This document shows, one piece after another, positions 28,037 to 43,492 of a stretch of 64,000 bases of DNA. How positions within the stretch are numbered: the stretch's first letter is position 1; the number at the start of each line of letters is the position of its first letter. Under the pieces are notes generated by a model that saw only the letters and a list, made by a program, of their open reading frames with translations, did no database searches and had not been told where the DNA came from. The position numbers and the translations under genes are program-made. The DNA comes from Octopus vulgaris (Eukaryota): positions 109,678,001 to 109,742,000 of the forward strand of contig OX597817.1 in the NCBI GenBank assembly GCA_951406725.2, read 5' to 3'.

Positions 28037-28087
28037 TTTGTCAGTGAACAAGTCGCGGTCTTAAAGCGACGAAAATATTTTGACAAA
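28037..28087 (+). ncRNA. Hammerhead-ribozyme-like fold with a G3:C8 core variant
   Basis: UUUGUCA-GUGAACA-a-GUCGC-ggucuuaaa-GCGAC-GAAA-AUAU-UU-UGACAAA. Stem I (7 bp) and stem II (5 bp) are perfect, and stem III is the palindrome AAUAUU. Confidence 0.5.
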
Positions 28088-29439
28088 TTAAACTTAAATG
28101 TTGAAGTGAATCGAAGGGCTTTTGTGTGTTTCTTAAACGGCTTACAAACACCTTCCACGCTGCAATTATATATAAATATATGTATAAATATAATATAATA
28201 TAATATAAATATAAATATATAAATATATACGGTTTTCAAGCGCGTACACACACTTTCTCAACTCCGTGTAGTATTTCTTGTTTGTTTCCTACTTGCCTCA
28301 GCTTTTAGTCTTATCATTTGTGTGTATCTGTTTTACGTGTGTATATGTGATAGTGGGTATAAAGGTGTGTGTATGTGTGTTTGTGCATGCGCGCATGTGT
28401 GTCACCGGAGTTACCCACTTCATAGCAAAGTGTGTTACTGTGAAATGTCCACCATCAACAACACCATAAATTTCCTTTTGCTGTTATGTTCTCCTATGTG
28501 GATCTTAGATCTCAAGGCTGGACACTGCAGTCGCAACTATAAGGTGCATTTAGGAAGATGTAATATTTTCACATCTTTTGTTCCCTCAATCGTGAACATA
28601 CTTAGTATGAGCAGCATTGGTAGCAGTAATCACAATTCTTTATTGACTGGACTCTTGTTGCTGCTATTCTTTATCAGGTGCAATTATCAAAGGATCCACA
28701 ACTAAGGAGAATATAGCCACCATTGAATTTGATAGACGGCCTTGGAAAATGAAACATGCAAGCAGTTAATATGCATCTTTATGTGTTTGTGCGTGAGTGT
28801 ATGTGTTTATGCGTGCGTTAAACACTCCCATAGAGAGGAAATATTAATGAATATAGAAAGCTGTTTATATAAGCAACATGGAATAATAAAATGTATACGA
28901 CGTGTTTACTTCGTTTTGGTGAAAATACAAAAACAATCATCACCATGAAAATTTTGTCTCAATTTTATCATTATAATATTCATAATACGAAATAGAATGT
29001 ATAAAAATGAAATTAACAATAACTTTAGACGTTACTTAATTGTAATTAAACAGCTTCTTCAAAGTTTTTCCTTTCACGAAAATTAATAATCGGTTTTAAT
29101 TATAATGATTGAACGTAAAAACGACGATTTATTATTGTCGATTGGTTACTAATTTTGGAAAATTCGAGCAAAATCACCTCGACACTATGTATGCGTAAGT
29201 TTGCGTAGAAATGTTGTATGTGAGAGAATGTGTGTGTATGTGTGTATGTGTGCGAGTAGGTGCAAGATGGTGTATTTGTGGCTACCTGCTTATATTTGTC
29301 TTTGTTACACGTGTGCGATACATGCACTTCTGCCAAGTTTCCCGACTGAATATAAGTTTCTTTCACAATGCACCAAGAACCTTTCCTCTACTGGCTAAAA
29401 CTTTATAAATATGAGTGGCAGAATACATATTTTTTAATA

Positions 29440-29691
29440 TTTTACTTGTATCACTTATTGAACTGCGGTCATGTTGGAGCACTGCCTTAAAGGACTCAGT
29501 CGAGCAAATCGACCCCAGTATGTATTTTTATAAGTCTGTTACTTATTCTATTGGCCACTATGACGAAATGGTAAGTTATAGAGACGTAAACACACCAACA
29601 CCGATTGTCAAGCGGTGATGAGGGACAAATACAAGCACGCACATGTACACACACACACGTACACATACACATATATGCACACGTGTACACA

Positions 29692-29723
<32 letters not shown>

Positions 29724-29826
29724 TACACACACACACAAGCAAATATATGCTTCAGTTTCTGTCATAGTGGGATTAAACTCAAAACCACGTGGTTAGAAAG
29801 CGCGCTTCTAACCACAAAGCCATGCC
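29440..29826 (-). mobile_element. Degenerate SINE family B
   Basis: CTGCGGTCATGTTGGAGCACTGCC, GTCGAGCAAATCGACCCCAG, internal (CA)n. Confidence 0.8.
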
Positions 29827-30484
29827 AGAGCTTTTAATTTCAATGTAGATATTTGTGTATCTAAATTCCCCTGAGACATTGACAGTTATTTATTACCTTG
29901 CCAAATTTAGAAATTTTATTGGTTTTTTTTTTATTTTGTAAAGTCTTTTATGAAAGACTTTGCAAAATAATTACTTTATCGTTAACAGCGAGTCACTTTT
30001 GAGTTCCCAAATAAATTTTCGTACATATAAGGCACAAAGTTTATATGAAAATGAATACCGTAGGGTGTGTGATATATGTGATTATCTTTGATTTTTCAAT
30101 ATTGAACACATTCTATATGTCAATAAAATTATATATTTTAATTTGTGTTACAGCCACTGAAAATCGTCTAAAAATTTTCGTTAGCAGTTTAGCCATTGTT
30201 TGAAGCTATCGAGACAGGAACTCAGAAAATATAAGTGTTATATAACACATCCAACGCGTTCTAAGTTTATTGAGTAAAATAACCATTCAATAAGTCAGAC
30301 ATTTACTATAACTGTATTGTATTAAAATTCTGCTTCTTGTTTTTTTTGCTTTATGGTGGTTTTGTTTTATGTATTACGATATGCATTGCTATTGCATGAT
30401 TGTCCTTCATAAGCATTATACTTTTGGTAAGGATAATACTTGTTTAAGATTTTGGAAATCTTGGAAATCTTGTTGCTTATATGT

Positions 30485-30910
30485 CTTTTACATTTTACTT
30501 CTTTTAGACATTAGACTGTGGTCATGCTGGTCACCACCTTAGAGACCTGTAGTCGAATGAATTGATCCTAGTACTGTTTTTTAAAGCCTGGTATATGTTC
30601 TATCAGTGTTTTATGCCGAACAGCTTAGATACACAGGCATTAACCCACCAACAACGTTCGTCAAGCAACGGCGAGGCAGGGGATGTAGACACGAACACAC
30701 ACACGTGCACACGCGCACACACACAAGCACACTCACACATATTTGTATGCGGGTGTACGACAGGTTTCTTTCAGTTGTCGTCAATCAAATCCAATCAAGG
30801 CTTTTGTCGACCCGAAAGTATAATCTATTATACACTTAACCAATGTGCCACGCAATAGGAATGCCCCCAGAACCAGGCAGGTATTTGGGAAATAAACTTA
30901 ATACAACAGA
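30485..30910 (-). mobile_element. Degenerate SINE family B
   Basis: GACTGTGGTCATGCTGGTCACCACC...TTCTTTCAGTT...CAAATCCAATCAAGGCTTT. Confidence 0.75.
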
Positions 30911-31025
30911 TCCGGAAAGAGAGAGAGGAATTAAACACACAAGCACGTATACGTGTACACGCAAGTGTATGCGTTTGTCTATGTGATTGTGCACATAGTT
31001 ATGAGCGTGTATATATGTATTTATG

Positions 31026-31029
<4 letters not shown>

Positions 31030-31073
<44 letters not shown>

Positions 31074-31074
31074 A

Positions 31075-31139
<65 letters not shown>

Positions 31140-31154
31140 ATATATATATACATG

Positions 31155-31192
<38 letters not shown>

Positions 31193-31239
31193 TACATACA
31201 TACATAATATATATATATACATGCATACATACATGCATA

Positions 31240-31295
<56 letters not shown>
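31030..31295. repeat. Compound (TA)n/(TACA)n microsatellite
   Basis: Directly visible. Confidence 0.95.
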
Positions 31296-31564
31296 AACGC
31301 CGCCCTTTTCAAGCCTAGCCAGGCTTATGCCCAGTTTCCCGGTTTCTGTGGCGTACGTGTTCCACCCTAACCCTAACAGGAAGAGAGAGTGAGAGAAAGT
31401 TATGGCGAAAGAGTACAACAGGGGTCACCACCACCCCTGCCGGAACCTCGTGGAGCTGTTAGGTGTTTTCGCTCAATAAGCACTCACAACGCCCGGTCTG
31501 GGAATCGAAACCGCAATCCTCCGACCGCGAGTCCGCTGCCCTAACCACTGGGCCATTGCGCCTC
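31296..31564 (-). mobile_element. SINE family C with an alternative 3' tail (type 2)
   Basis: 31380-31564 matches the family C head and body. 31296-31379 is unrelated to tail type 1 and contains CGCCACAGAAACCGGGAAACTGG on the minus strand. Confidence 0.82.
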
Positions 31565-31590
31565 CACACACACACACTCACGCACACACA

Positions 31591-31669
<79 letters not shown>

Positions 31670-31932
31670 GGAGAGAGAGAGGGGTGAAATTATAAGCAAA
31701 AGTAGATGTACGACTGTTAGTGTTATGTTTAGAACTCAAAGTAGATTTTCATAATCCATATAGTTTTCTGTATAGTTGTTCATTAAATACTGTACAGTGC
31801 AACATTACCAGCTATGACGTACAGGGCAAATGTAGGAAAACTTAGGATAAACACATGTCATTTTAGTTTCAAATTCCTACGCGCGTAGGAATTTTAAAAT
31901 GAAATCAACCTGTGTGTATATTTACCCTTCCT

Positions 31933-32063
<131 letters not shown>

Positions 32064-33452
32064 TGGCTATCATTTGGATAGGGTTAAAATCAAAGGTAAT
32101 CAAAGTGTTTATTCGCCACAAGGCCTGGTTGTATAATCATTAAAAATACTTCTAAAAGTGGTCTGTTATAAAAGATTGACATTAGTTAGTTTTTTTTTTT
32201 ATTGTTCTCTTTATTAATGTATAGCCTCCCATCTTCATCTAGTGTATAGGGACATTAAACATCGTATTTGTTTGCAACTCTTTCAATAAGTACTGCCTGG
32301 GTTCTCTTTAATACAATCGATTTTTCCCATAAAACCTAAGTTCACTGTCCGCTGTCCAATATCGTCAACCGTATGCTCCCAGCTTAATCTGTATAAGCAA
32401 TCTGATCAGATGTGTACTTCGAGTTCTAATTAATAAACCAGATAACACTTTCATCATTTATACATAGATCATTCTATCTCCTTTCCGCACCGTCTCTTTC
32501 TATCTTTTAATTCACTCCCTTTTTCTTTCACTTAACAATGAATTTTCTCATTAAATTGTCAGCAATTGGATCTAATTCCCAAAACAATTATATTATCAAT
32601 AATTAACAATGCGGTGTATTTGATTTTATCTCCAGATAGTAACGTTGATTGTGATAATGTTGCTCACATTGTTGATGTTTATAGCCCCGTTAAAAACAGG
32701 ATCTTTAAAAGTTTTATATATCTTGACCTTAGAAAATATCAAGTAACTACAAGTTAACAATAATGTTCCTAATCGCTGGAGATTCGTTATCTTCTTATAA
32801 AAGGTGTTTGTTTCTTTGAAGTATCTCGCAGGAGGACATCTTCTGTTATGAGCACAAAATAATGAAAGTTAGTGGCATATATGTGTGTGTGTGTATTAAA
32901 GAGAATATTGTGATCTCAAATGTGCTTATTTAACTTCGGGCTAAGCAATACTTAGAATTACGTCGAGTAAATTGATCATGTGATATAAAATATGCTGAAT
33001 AAAAAGCTAACCATGAGCTTTTAATCTTTTTGCACATCATTAGAATCCACTGAATAAATATTAGCTATAAACTCGCTAAATTTTAGTACATCTTAACACA
33101 TATATTCTTGTCAGAAAATAGGCTTCTATAACTTAAACTTAACTTGCTATTAGCTTTGACACTTTGTCAGGTGGCATAATGTCTTTGAAAATGGTATATG
33201 TCCATGTCAGAAATGCGAACTTTTCGTGTGATGCGAAGTAGTTTTACACCCTTCACGTCTCTTATAGATTTGAAACTTTGTATATGCCTAACAAACTACG
33301 TATGCGCAGTTGTCAGACAGGTATTCAACATTACATTTTAGTGGTAAATAATAATTTATAACGTTATAAAGTTCTAGTAAGAGTAATGTGTGATGTCATC
33401 TTTAAATCATAAGATATATCCTACTCTCTCTCTCACTCTCTTTCTCTCTCTC

Positions 33453-33511
<59 letters not shown>

Positions 33512-33803
33512 ATATACATACACACAGACAGAGAAAGATACAGACAGACAGACACAGATAGAGAGATTCTAGATAGCAGCTAGATAGATGTTTAGTATTA
33601 CCTGTAAATAGGTAATAATTGATTTATGCTGGTTTCTGTACAGAGTTCTATATACATGTGGGTGTATGTGTGTGTGTGCGCGTGTGTATGTGTAAATGTA
33701 TATCAATCTATTTATTCATTTATTCATACATGTAGGTGTGTGTGTATATTTATGTATGTAAATACACACACATGCACACACACACATATATATCTATATA
33801 TGG

Positions 33804-33979
<176 letters not shown>

Positions 33980-35316
33980 GTGGTATGTTGTGCGTGTGTA
34001 TATATATATATATATGCATACATATGTGTGGTGGGGTACGTGTGAGTGTGCGCGCGCATGTGTGTGTATGTGTATGTATGTCGTGTATGTTGTGTGTATG
34101 TAGAACTGAAATACCTGTCACTATTCTTGTCTTCATTTGAAGGTCAGGTGTATTCGAAAAGCAGTGAAAGTCAGTCAACAAATGTTGGAAGTAGGGCACA
34201 ACTTATTATTATAATTAATCAGTATATTAGAAATAATTATGATTATATTCGATCAAACACTAAATCATCGATTTCTTTAATAAACAGCAAAACTTGTTAA
34301 GAGAAAAATGTTACTGAACTTGCGTGATGTCGTAATTTTTAAAAATAGCTTGCAATATTGGATCAAAGTATTTCATACGTTGTTTTAAGCTTACATTTAT
34401 TCCACTCCATTTTGCATTTATTCGTTTAACAGCAATACATAGAAATTCGCTACTTGAGATCTGAAACGACGATTTGCATATTTATTCTTCGTACATTCCA
34501 GCAGATTCCAGTGCAAGTATGCTAGTTGGTCGTGTGTACGTCACAAGGAAATAACGTCACTTTTTTGTGAAAACAATGTAGTCATAATGCACTCCGATCA
34601 ATAGCTCAAAGGATTCTGGCGCACAGCAGTTTCGACATGTGTCTCGTCAACTAGAATTACTCAGGCATTTGAGCCAAAACAATTGTTTATGATTTCAGCG
34701 AAAGAGTGATTCAGATATCGAGTGCTCTATGTTTAACACTTTCATTTTGGTTTTGTTGAATAAACATTAGTTCTTTTTTTCTAGACATAAAGATACCGGG
34801 GCAATATCATGAGAAAGCGTTGTAAATAATCTGGAGCATTATTTCTATATGAGAACATGTATATAGATCATCGAAGCAACGATTTACACGTACCTCACCA
34901 GAGGCTGTATACACCCACAAGAGGATAAATTAAAAAGGTTTCCGATGCTTTCTCTGTCCCAGTGAAGGGATTTTTACAGAGTACAAGCTAATGAAACGTT
35001 CGTCTACTGAATATTGCGGTAATTGATTCATCCCTAGATCACAAATAGTTACATCCATGGATTGGTAGTGCTGCCTGTTATTGCTCTAAATTTCTACCAA
35101 TATTTTACCAAGTATAATTAAAGATCATATGATATTTGAGATTATTGTTATGTAAAATTATAATTATTAGCATTGTTATAGTAATTGATATTACACAGGG
35201 CTGAAATGTTTGCTTAACATTCAACAAAAATGTTTTCATGGTTTAATTATTATGGGAAAACAAATAATAATGGTTATGATACTAGGAAAATACAAATGGA
35301 TAATAACATAATTTAA

Positions 35317-35506
35317 GGCAAGTGGTATTTCGTCTGTCGTTACGTTCTGAGTTCAAATTCCGCCGAGGTCGACTTTGCCTTTCATCCTTTCGTGATCGAT
35401 AAATTGAGTACCAGTTACGGACTGGGGTCGATGTAATCGACTTAATCCGTTTGTCTGTCCTTGTTTATCCTCTGTGTGTTTAGCCCCTTGTGGGTAGTAA
35501 TGAAAT
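35317..35506 (+). mobile_element. SINE family A, long tail, head partly deleted
   Basis: GTTCTGAGTTCAAATTCCGCCGAGGTCGACTTTGCCTTTCATCC...TTAGCCCCTTGTGGGTAGTAA. Confidence 0.88.
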
Positions 35507-35582
35507 ATATATATATACATAAATATATATACATTTGTATATATACATATATACATATGTATATATATACATATATATATAT

Positions 35583-35637
<55 letters not shown>

Positions 35638-35654
35638 ATATATATATACATATG

Positions 35655-35745
<91 letters not shown>

Positions 35746-37104
35746 AGTTTTGTATGTATGTATATATGTACGTATGTATGTCAACTTATAGATATTCAGT
35801 CGGATATTTGAAAGAAAAGAAAACAATTATTTTCTGCAATATTTGCTCGAGGAAACATGTCCGCTCGAAGAAAAACTTTTCTCATCAGTATTGAATAAGT
35901 GATTTGTTCACCAGGAACAAAAGCAATAATTTCGATTGTTTTATATCAATATATAAGAATCAAAAGAACAACCATCTAACTTTAGATAGGCATTCTCACA
36001 CACACACACACTCACGAACAAACAAACACATACATACACGCGCGTGACCGAAAACACACACACGTATATACACATATATATGTGAATGTATGGCTGAATG
36101 TACGTATGTATGAACGTATGCATATATGAATATATACAGATATATATAAACAGATATGCGTATGTGTCCGTACATACACAAATGCAGACACAACCAGACA
36201 TACATACGATGTAACAAATGGAATACAATAGTTAATACACGCACAATATAATTATTTGTTTGGGAGAAGCCAATAAGTCGTTACTGAGTTTCAGCGTACA
36301 AAACTTCCTTCGTAAATATAAGTTCAATATAGCAGAAAGAAACATATGTAATGTACTGGAGGGAGTAAGCTTTAACCTGTATGACGTGTTAGCTAATGCG
36401 TGATGTGATTCAATAAAAAAAATGACCTGGGCTATATTATTAAAAAGGAAGAAATATTTTCAGATTACAATCAGACTGAGAGAATTATGAGTAAAATAGA
36501 ATTAAAATAAAAGTATCTTTCAGAGTAACATATAAGTCAGATGAATAAAAAGATGGATTTAAGAGTGAATATTGAAATCATTGATTAGCTATGTAGTAAC
36601 TGAATGATTAAATAAATAAATGCGTGAACAATAAAATACAAATTAAAATTGCGTGTTAAATAATTATTCCATTAATTAAATGCTTAAATAATTGATTTAA
36701 TAATTAGGTAAATAGGTAGACGATTGAATATACAAGTTGTTGAATTTTGAAATAATAATTAAATGTATAACTTATGAATAACAACGAGTCATATACTAAT
36801 ACAAAGATGAAGATATTCAGTGAGTAAATGGGAAGTAAAAAAGTTGAAATTATTACTGTTACATAATATATTTTACAGGATACAATATACCAGCTTAAGG
36901 TTAAGTTAGGATGAAGTTGTAGTACATAATACGCGAATTTCATACAAAATTTAGGTTAAGATTTGGAAGCATTTAATAGTTCTTCTGTGATGCACGCTTA
37001 AATATTCATAAGCACAAACACTATTGCAAGCGCTTGTGTCGCGGCGAATAATCCTTGCACAAAAATTCTCAACGTTTCTCCAAATAATTTTCACATTGTC
37101 TCTT

Positions 37105-37620
<516 letters not shown>

Positions 37621-39845
37621 TAGATGCGTGTGTGTGTCTATATGTGCGTATGTGTGTGTATGTGTTAGTCTTGTGTGTATAATTGCCCCTGTTTTACTAA
37701 ATTGTGTGGTCGACACAGAGATTACAATCCAAATACCTGATCATTCTCAAAATTTGAAAAGAAAATGCAAATACTGATTCTACAATTATCATTTACTGCA
37801 ATCGTGTAGCATGATAGTTTTTATTTTTATATTCTGTTCATTTTTAAATTTCTTTTCTTCAGTTCGTTACAGAGGAACTTGTGTTGACGAACTTTTAAAA
37901 GAAAAGTGAATTTTTTTCATATAAATTCATCCACAGATAGCTGGTCCAAAATCTCAGTAACATAGTTGTTTTTGCTGTTGTTTTTTTTTATGTTAGCCTC
38001 TATTTTGGCGGGGAAAAAACCAACAATTTATTAAAAGAAAAATAAGCCGGATTTTTCCTCTCACTAAAGTTTTTATAACAAAGCTAAATATATGAAATAA
38101 CAGTAAAGATTTACGGTGAAATATTTTTCTCGCTAGGGGTAACAAAGTCATATCGAAACTTTTTTCTTAATTTCAACTTCAATTATTTTTGGTACGAATG
38201 TCTTTTATTGAAACGTCTACAAAGCATTATAAGTACAAAACTTGATGGCGTTGTATCCTAAGATCAATCCTATGCGATCAGAACCATGATCATCCCGTCA
38301 TTTTGTATATCAAGAACTCCATTGACTAAATTTTCCTTTTATATTCATGGCATGATATGATTTCAGGAAGATGTAGTTTTATTTCCGGTATATCAAGTGA
38401 CAGCTTATAAGCTTTTATATTATAAACTATGTCTGCTACAGTTACTCAAAAATTCAACCACTTATAATTGCATCTTTCGAACGTATCGAATCTAATTTTC
38501 CTTGGCAGAACGCTCAGTTACGGCTGGTCACCGCCCATCTTCATCTGACCTCCAGTACAACTCTTTTACCCCATTCCAGAGACAGTAAGACTCACTTTCA
38601 ACAATATTTCTAAGCTTGCGAGCAAATTGCTTCCTCCCCATTTTCATTATTCCTTTCTAAATTTGTCAGCATCTTTCACACAAATTACGTAAGAAGATCC
38701 CTGCAGCTATCCTCAAATGGAAATGGCAAATCTATTATCCTTTGTCTCTGCATTGCTAAACCAGATTCTAGTTCTTTGTGGCATTTCTCTCCGAAGCTTC
38801 CTTCATTACATCTTTCCAGTGAATCGCCAGTTCAGTTAGAATGATCCTCGACTTCTCAGATCATATGTCAAATCTCAGGGATGTTTAAATAACCTGTGGA
38901 ATGTGAAGTTTCCTTCCTACATCCACCTTCATCTCTCACACCTATCTGTCTGCCGGAGCCCGTTCTCAGTGTTTCAGAAGAGACTGGTTTCTCCTCCCCA
39001 TCCTTCTTTAGCTGAATGGCTGTGATTAAACTCATATGGATCCGAAGCACTTCAAATTCTCGTTCTTTTAAATGAGTTTAATGTCGAATAATGTATTTAA
39101 TACAACAGAATTACTGAAAGTGACTAATGGCAGTTTCACGTGAGTATAACAGAATTCGACTGTTTTGTCATAAAATGCACTTTTAAGAGGTTAATCTTAT
39201 TTACAATTACTGTATTCTGAACTGACAATTAGATCACATCATTAATATAATTCCAAATGCAAGTCATCGTGTATGACTTTATTCAAGCTATTAACATTTG
39301 ATATTTATTTCGTAAAGGTAACACAATCTAATGAATACCGTAGAAATGTCATTGTTATAAGTTTATACCTCGCTAAGTTTCATGACAATTTATTATGTAT
39401 GTTTCAGTTCATTCACTAAGCAAGGTAATAATCTTCCACTAGGGTATGTAACAGCGTATGTATTAGCATATAAATTTTCTACGAGGAATTTGCATCACTG
39501 ATTTGCATATCACAACAGTATCCAAATATAAATAACTGATATTTGAACCTATGTGTCTCTTGGCATTATTTTATAGACATTATTTTGAAGTTTACGGGAC
39601 ACATTATATCTCATCCCTTGCAATGCTAATGCATTAATATTTTTATTGAAAATTATTGCTGAAGTTATTTTTGTTATTATTATTACTATCTATTTTATAG
39701 TTGGTATATTGCATTTTGGGATGACACTGGATACTATAAATTGCCCAACTCAAGCATAATGTTCGTTAATTATGATTTTAGAAAGATATTTTATTCGAAA
39801 TTGATGTCACTGTTTATCCTCTAAACTCCGCATAAAATCTAAGTC

Positions 39846-39880
<35 letters not shown>

Positions 39881-40776
39881 CAGTAGTAGTTGTAGCAGCA
39901 CCAACACCAACACCACTGCCACCATTCTGTAGCAAGTGGCATCACTTACTACACAGCTAATGTATTTGGAGAAATTATGAATATCAGAACTTATACGGTA
40001 ACAACCGTTTATTCTCTGTTAAATATAGTCCAGAACCATTGCCATGAGATATCAATGTAATAAATAACACACTTTCAAAATAATGGGATTTGATAGCTGT
40101 TTACAACCTCTAGCTAAATTCTCATTCTGTCAGTGGTTGCCTGTAAGAGACCCTTACTTAACCCTTTTCTTTTTTCTTTTTTCATTTTCTTTTGATATTC
40201 CATAAATTTTCTATCACGCTGTTGTTGGTGATGATGAATTTTCTACACAAAATTACCACTAAATACTAGGGTTTCCCATATGTGATATAATTAGTTGAAA
40301 ACTTCTATTTGGAGACTAACGGTGAAGTAAATAGAAGTGAACTTCATCTTTGAAGCTAAGATGAAAGTAACGGATATAATTATGGTTGTATGGGCGAGTA
40401 GTATAGCAGAGCGGAGAAAATAATTTGCATTACTTAATTACGTTCTTTACATATTTAATTCAAATTCAACAGAAGTCGACTTTACCTTTGATCCTAACAG
40501 AGTCGATAAACTAAGTATCAGTTAAGTACTGGGGGCGATTTAATCGGCTATGCTCCTCTTTCAGAAATATGAGGATCTATGTCAAAGCTGGAAATCAATA
40601 ATTATATTTCCACTATAATAAATTGATAAATAATGATAACTTGTGCATCACTGGACAGTGTGTGTTAGAGGTATATAATCTCTCCATCGGAATCAATAAT
40701 ATTTTGTGTTTCTGAACAAAATTTTAAAGTATCTGCTATATTATTATATCAAATGAATAAACAATTGACTTAATTA

Positions 40777-40813
<37 letters not shown>

Positions 40814-40848
40814 TATATATATATATGTTTGTGTGCGTGTAAGATATG

Positions 40849-40967
<119 letters not shown>

Positions 40968-40999
40968 GCTCGAATTGTATATATATATATACATATATG

Positions 41000-41061
<62 letters not shown>

Positions 41062-41124
41062 TATATACATACGTAAACGTACATACTTACATGTCTACGT
41101 ATATAGTTATGCATATATGGGCAC

Positions 41125-41570
41125 AGGACGTCATAAAACATAAATAACAATTAATACGAAGAACAAGGACATGGAATAAGGGCCTTCTTTTTTGCAAGCA
41201 ACGAAAGAAACAAATGGAACACAAGACAAGCAGCACAAGAAACAACCCTTCATCAGTTGTCGGCTGTTTTTTCTAGTCCGTATTTCGAGCAATTCACGAC
41301 AAGATACGCCATCGATAAAACAGTCCCGCAAAGCAAATTAAATAAAATTTGCGATCTTGCGGAGGATCGAGATGGTAACAAAAACCAGGACAGTGAAAAC
41401 AAACAGGAAGGGCTGCTAAGCCTAAACGAGGTTGTGGTGGCGAATGCGATGGAACAAGCCTGGGCAGGAGACAGAGAACAATACGTCTTCCCTATCGAGC
41501 CGAAACAGGAAGAAGGAAAGAAACACAAGTTAGGAGAATAGCCGGTGGTCACATGAGGGCCCCGTGAGCA
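41125..41570 (-). mobile_element. Possible Penelope-like relic
   Basis: Layout is analogous to 15265-15480 (TTTCGAGC, purine-rich flank, GGTCACAT). No recognisable protein motif. Confidence 0.35.
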
Positions 41571-41899
41571 ACGGAAGAAGAGTGAGGGAGAGAGAGTAAC
41601 AGACAGAGAGCCGTGAAGGGAAGAGGAAGAGATTTGGAGACAGGATAAGAGATAAAAAAAGAGAGAGGGAGAAGAGGAGGCAAAAGAAAGGAAGAGAGAA
41701 AACCAAAGATTAGAAGGATAGAATAGTGAGAGAAGAGAGAAAAAAGAAAAGAGAAAGAAAGAAAGAAAGAAAGAAGGCAGAGTCGCATCGGAGTTATTAA
41801 GATAAAACTTACTTGGAAATGATGCGTGGCGTTCAATCATATAATAATATAAATCATATAATTATACAGACACACACGCAAATACACACGCACACACAC

Positions 41900-42066
<167 letters not shown>

Positions 42067-42532
42067 TGCAAGGTAAAGTTTCTACAATGACAGCTAATGA
42101 CTTTCACGTTGTCGCTTACTCAAATCTAGAATTACAATGAATTAGAGTTAATGTGTGTGCTTTTTATTAAGCTATTCTCAAAGGGATTCTGCCTATAACT
42201 TTCGTAGACCCGCCAAGTCCGCTGAGATTGATGCTGATGAGGTACCTATAAATTGACATTGACGTTCTTTTACGTCTTCATCAATAGGTCCTCAGTTCAT
42301 GCATCCTGTCTTATTTTACAATGTTTCTGAAGACAACAGGTTACAGAAACCCACGTACACCAACACATACACACACACACCCATGCACATACAACCATAT
42401 ACATACATAAATAAATACATACACACACACACACATATATATATATGTATACATATATAGATATGTACATGTATATGTATGTGTGTGTGTGTCTATATAT
42501 ATATATATATACACATTCACACGTATGTACAC

Positions 42533-42574
<42 letters not shown>

Positions 42575-42614
42575 CATATATAGATATGTAACATGTATAT
42601 GTATGTGTGTGTGT

Positions 42615-42647
<33 letters not shown>

Positions 42648-42656
42648 TCACACGTA

Positions 42657-42709
<53 letters not shown>

Positions 42710-43176
42710 GTCTGTGTATTTTGTGGGGAGTGAACTGGTTTATACTAACAGAATGTACTTGAGAAATTAGACTTAGGAGAAATATGAAGTATGATGCTCA
42801 TATATTTTCCAAGAACCTTATTGTTTACAGTAAACTTAAGCATTTCTAATGAAGCTCGGGAAATACTTTTGTTTCCATTATATACTTGCCTGCAGTGCCC
42901 TTCAACAAAATACATGTGATAATGTACACGAGATACCCTATAAGCAAAATGAAACTATTATTATATAGCAGTTTAAAATTCTGCCTCGGGTATAAAGAGA
43001 ACCGGAACACCGAGTTCTTGTGTGTTCTTTGTAAAAAAAAGATGCAGCTGACGGCTATAAAAGCGTTATAATTATATGCCAAATTATGCAAAGTATTTTG
43101 CTGAAGCTAAATTTGTGATACAGTTTTTAATGTAGTATACAATATCTACAATAAATGTGTCAAGTGGAAGTATTCT

Positions 43177-43453
43177 GCAGGAGTGGCTGTGTGGTAAGAG
43201 GTCGACTTTGCCTTTCATCCTTTCGAGGTCGATAAATTAAGTACCAGTTACGCACTGGGGTCGACGTAATCGACTTAATCCGTTTGTCTGTCCTTGTTTG
43301 TCCCGTCTATGTTTAGCTCCCTGTGGGCAATAAAGAAATAAGAAGCTTGCTTACCAATCACATGGTTCCAGGTTCTATGTTTTCTACTATAGCCGCGGGC
43401 CGACCAAAGCCTTGTGAGTGGATTTAGTAGACGGAAACTGAAAGAAGCCCGTC

Positions 43454-43492
<39 letters not shown>

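Noticed and set aside
34538-34560. Paired ACGTCAC (CRE-like) sites around GGAA
   Set aside because: Short motifs with no independent promoter evidence.
41266-41325. Hammerhead in the 41125 element
   Set aside because: Stem I-like CTGTTTT/AAAACAG and CGAAA are present, but the core box and cleavage site are unrecognisable.
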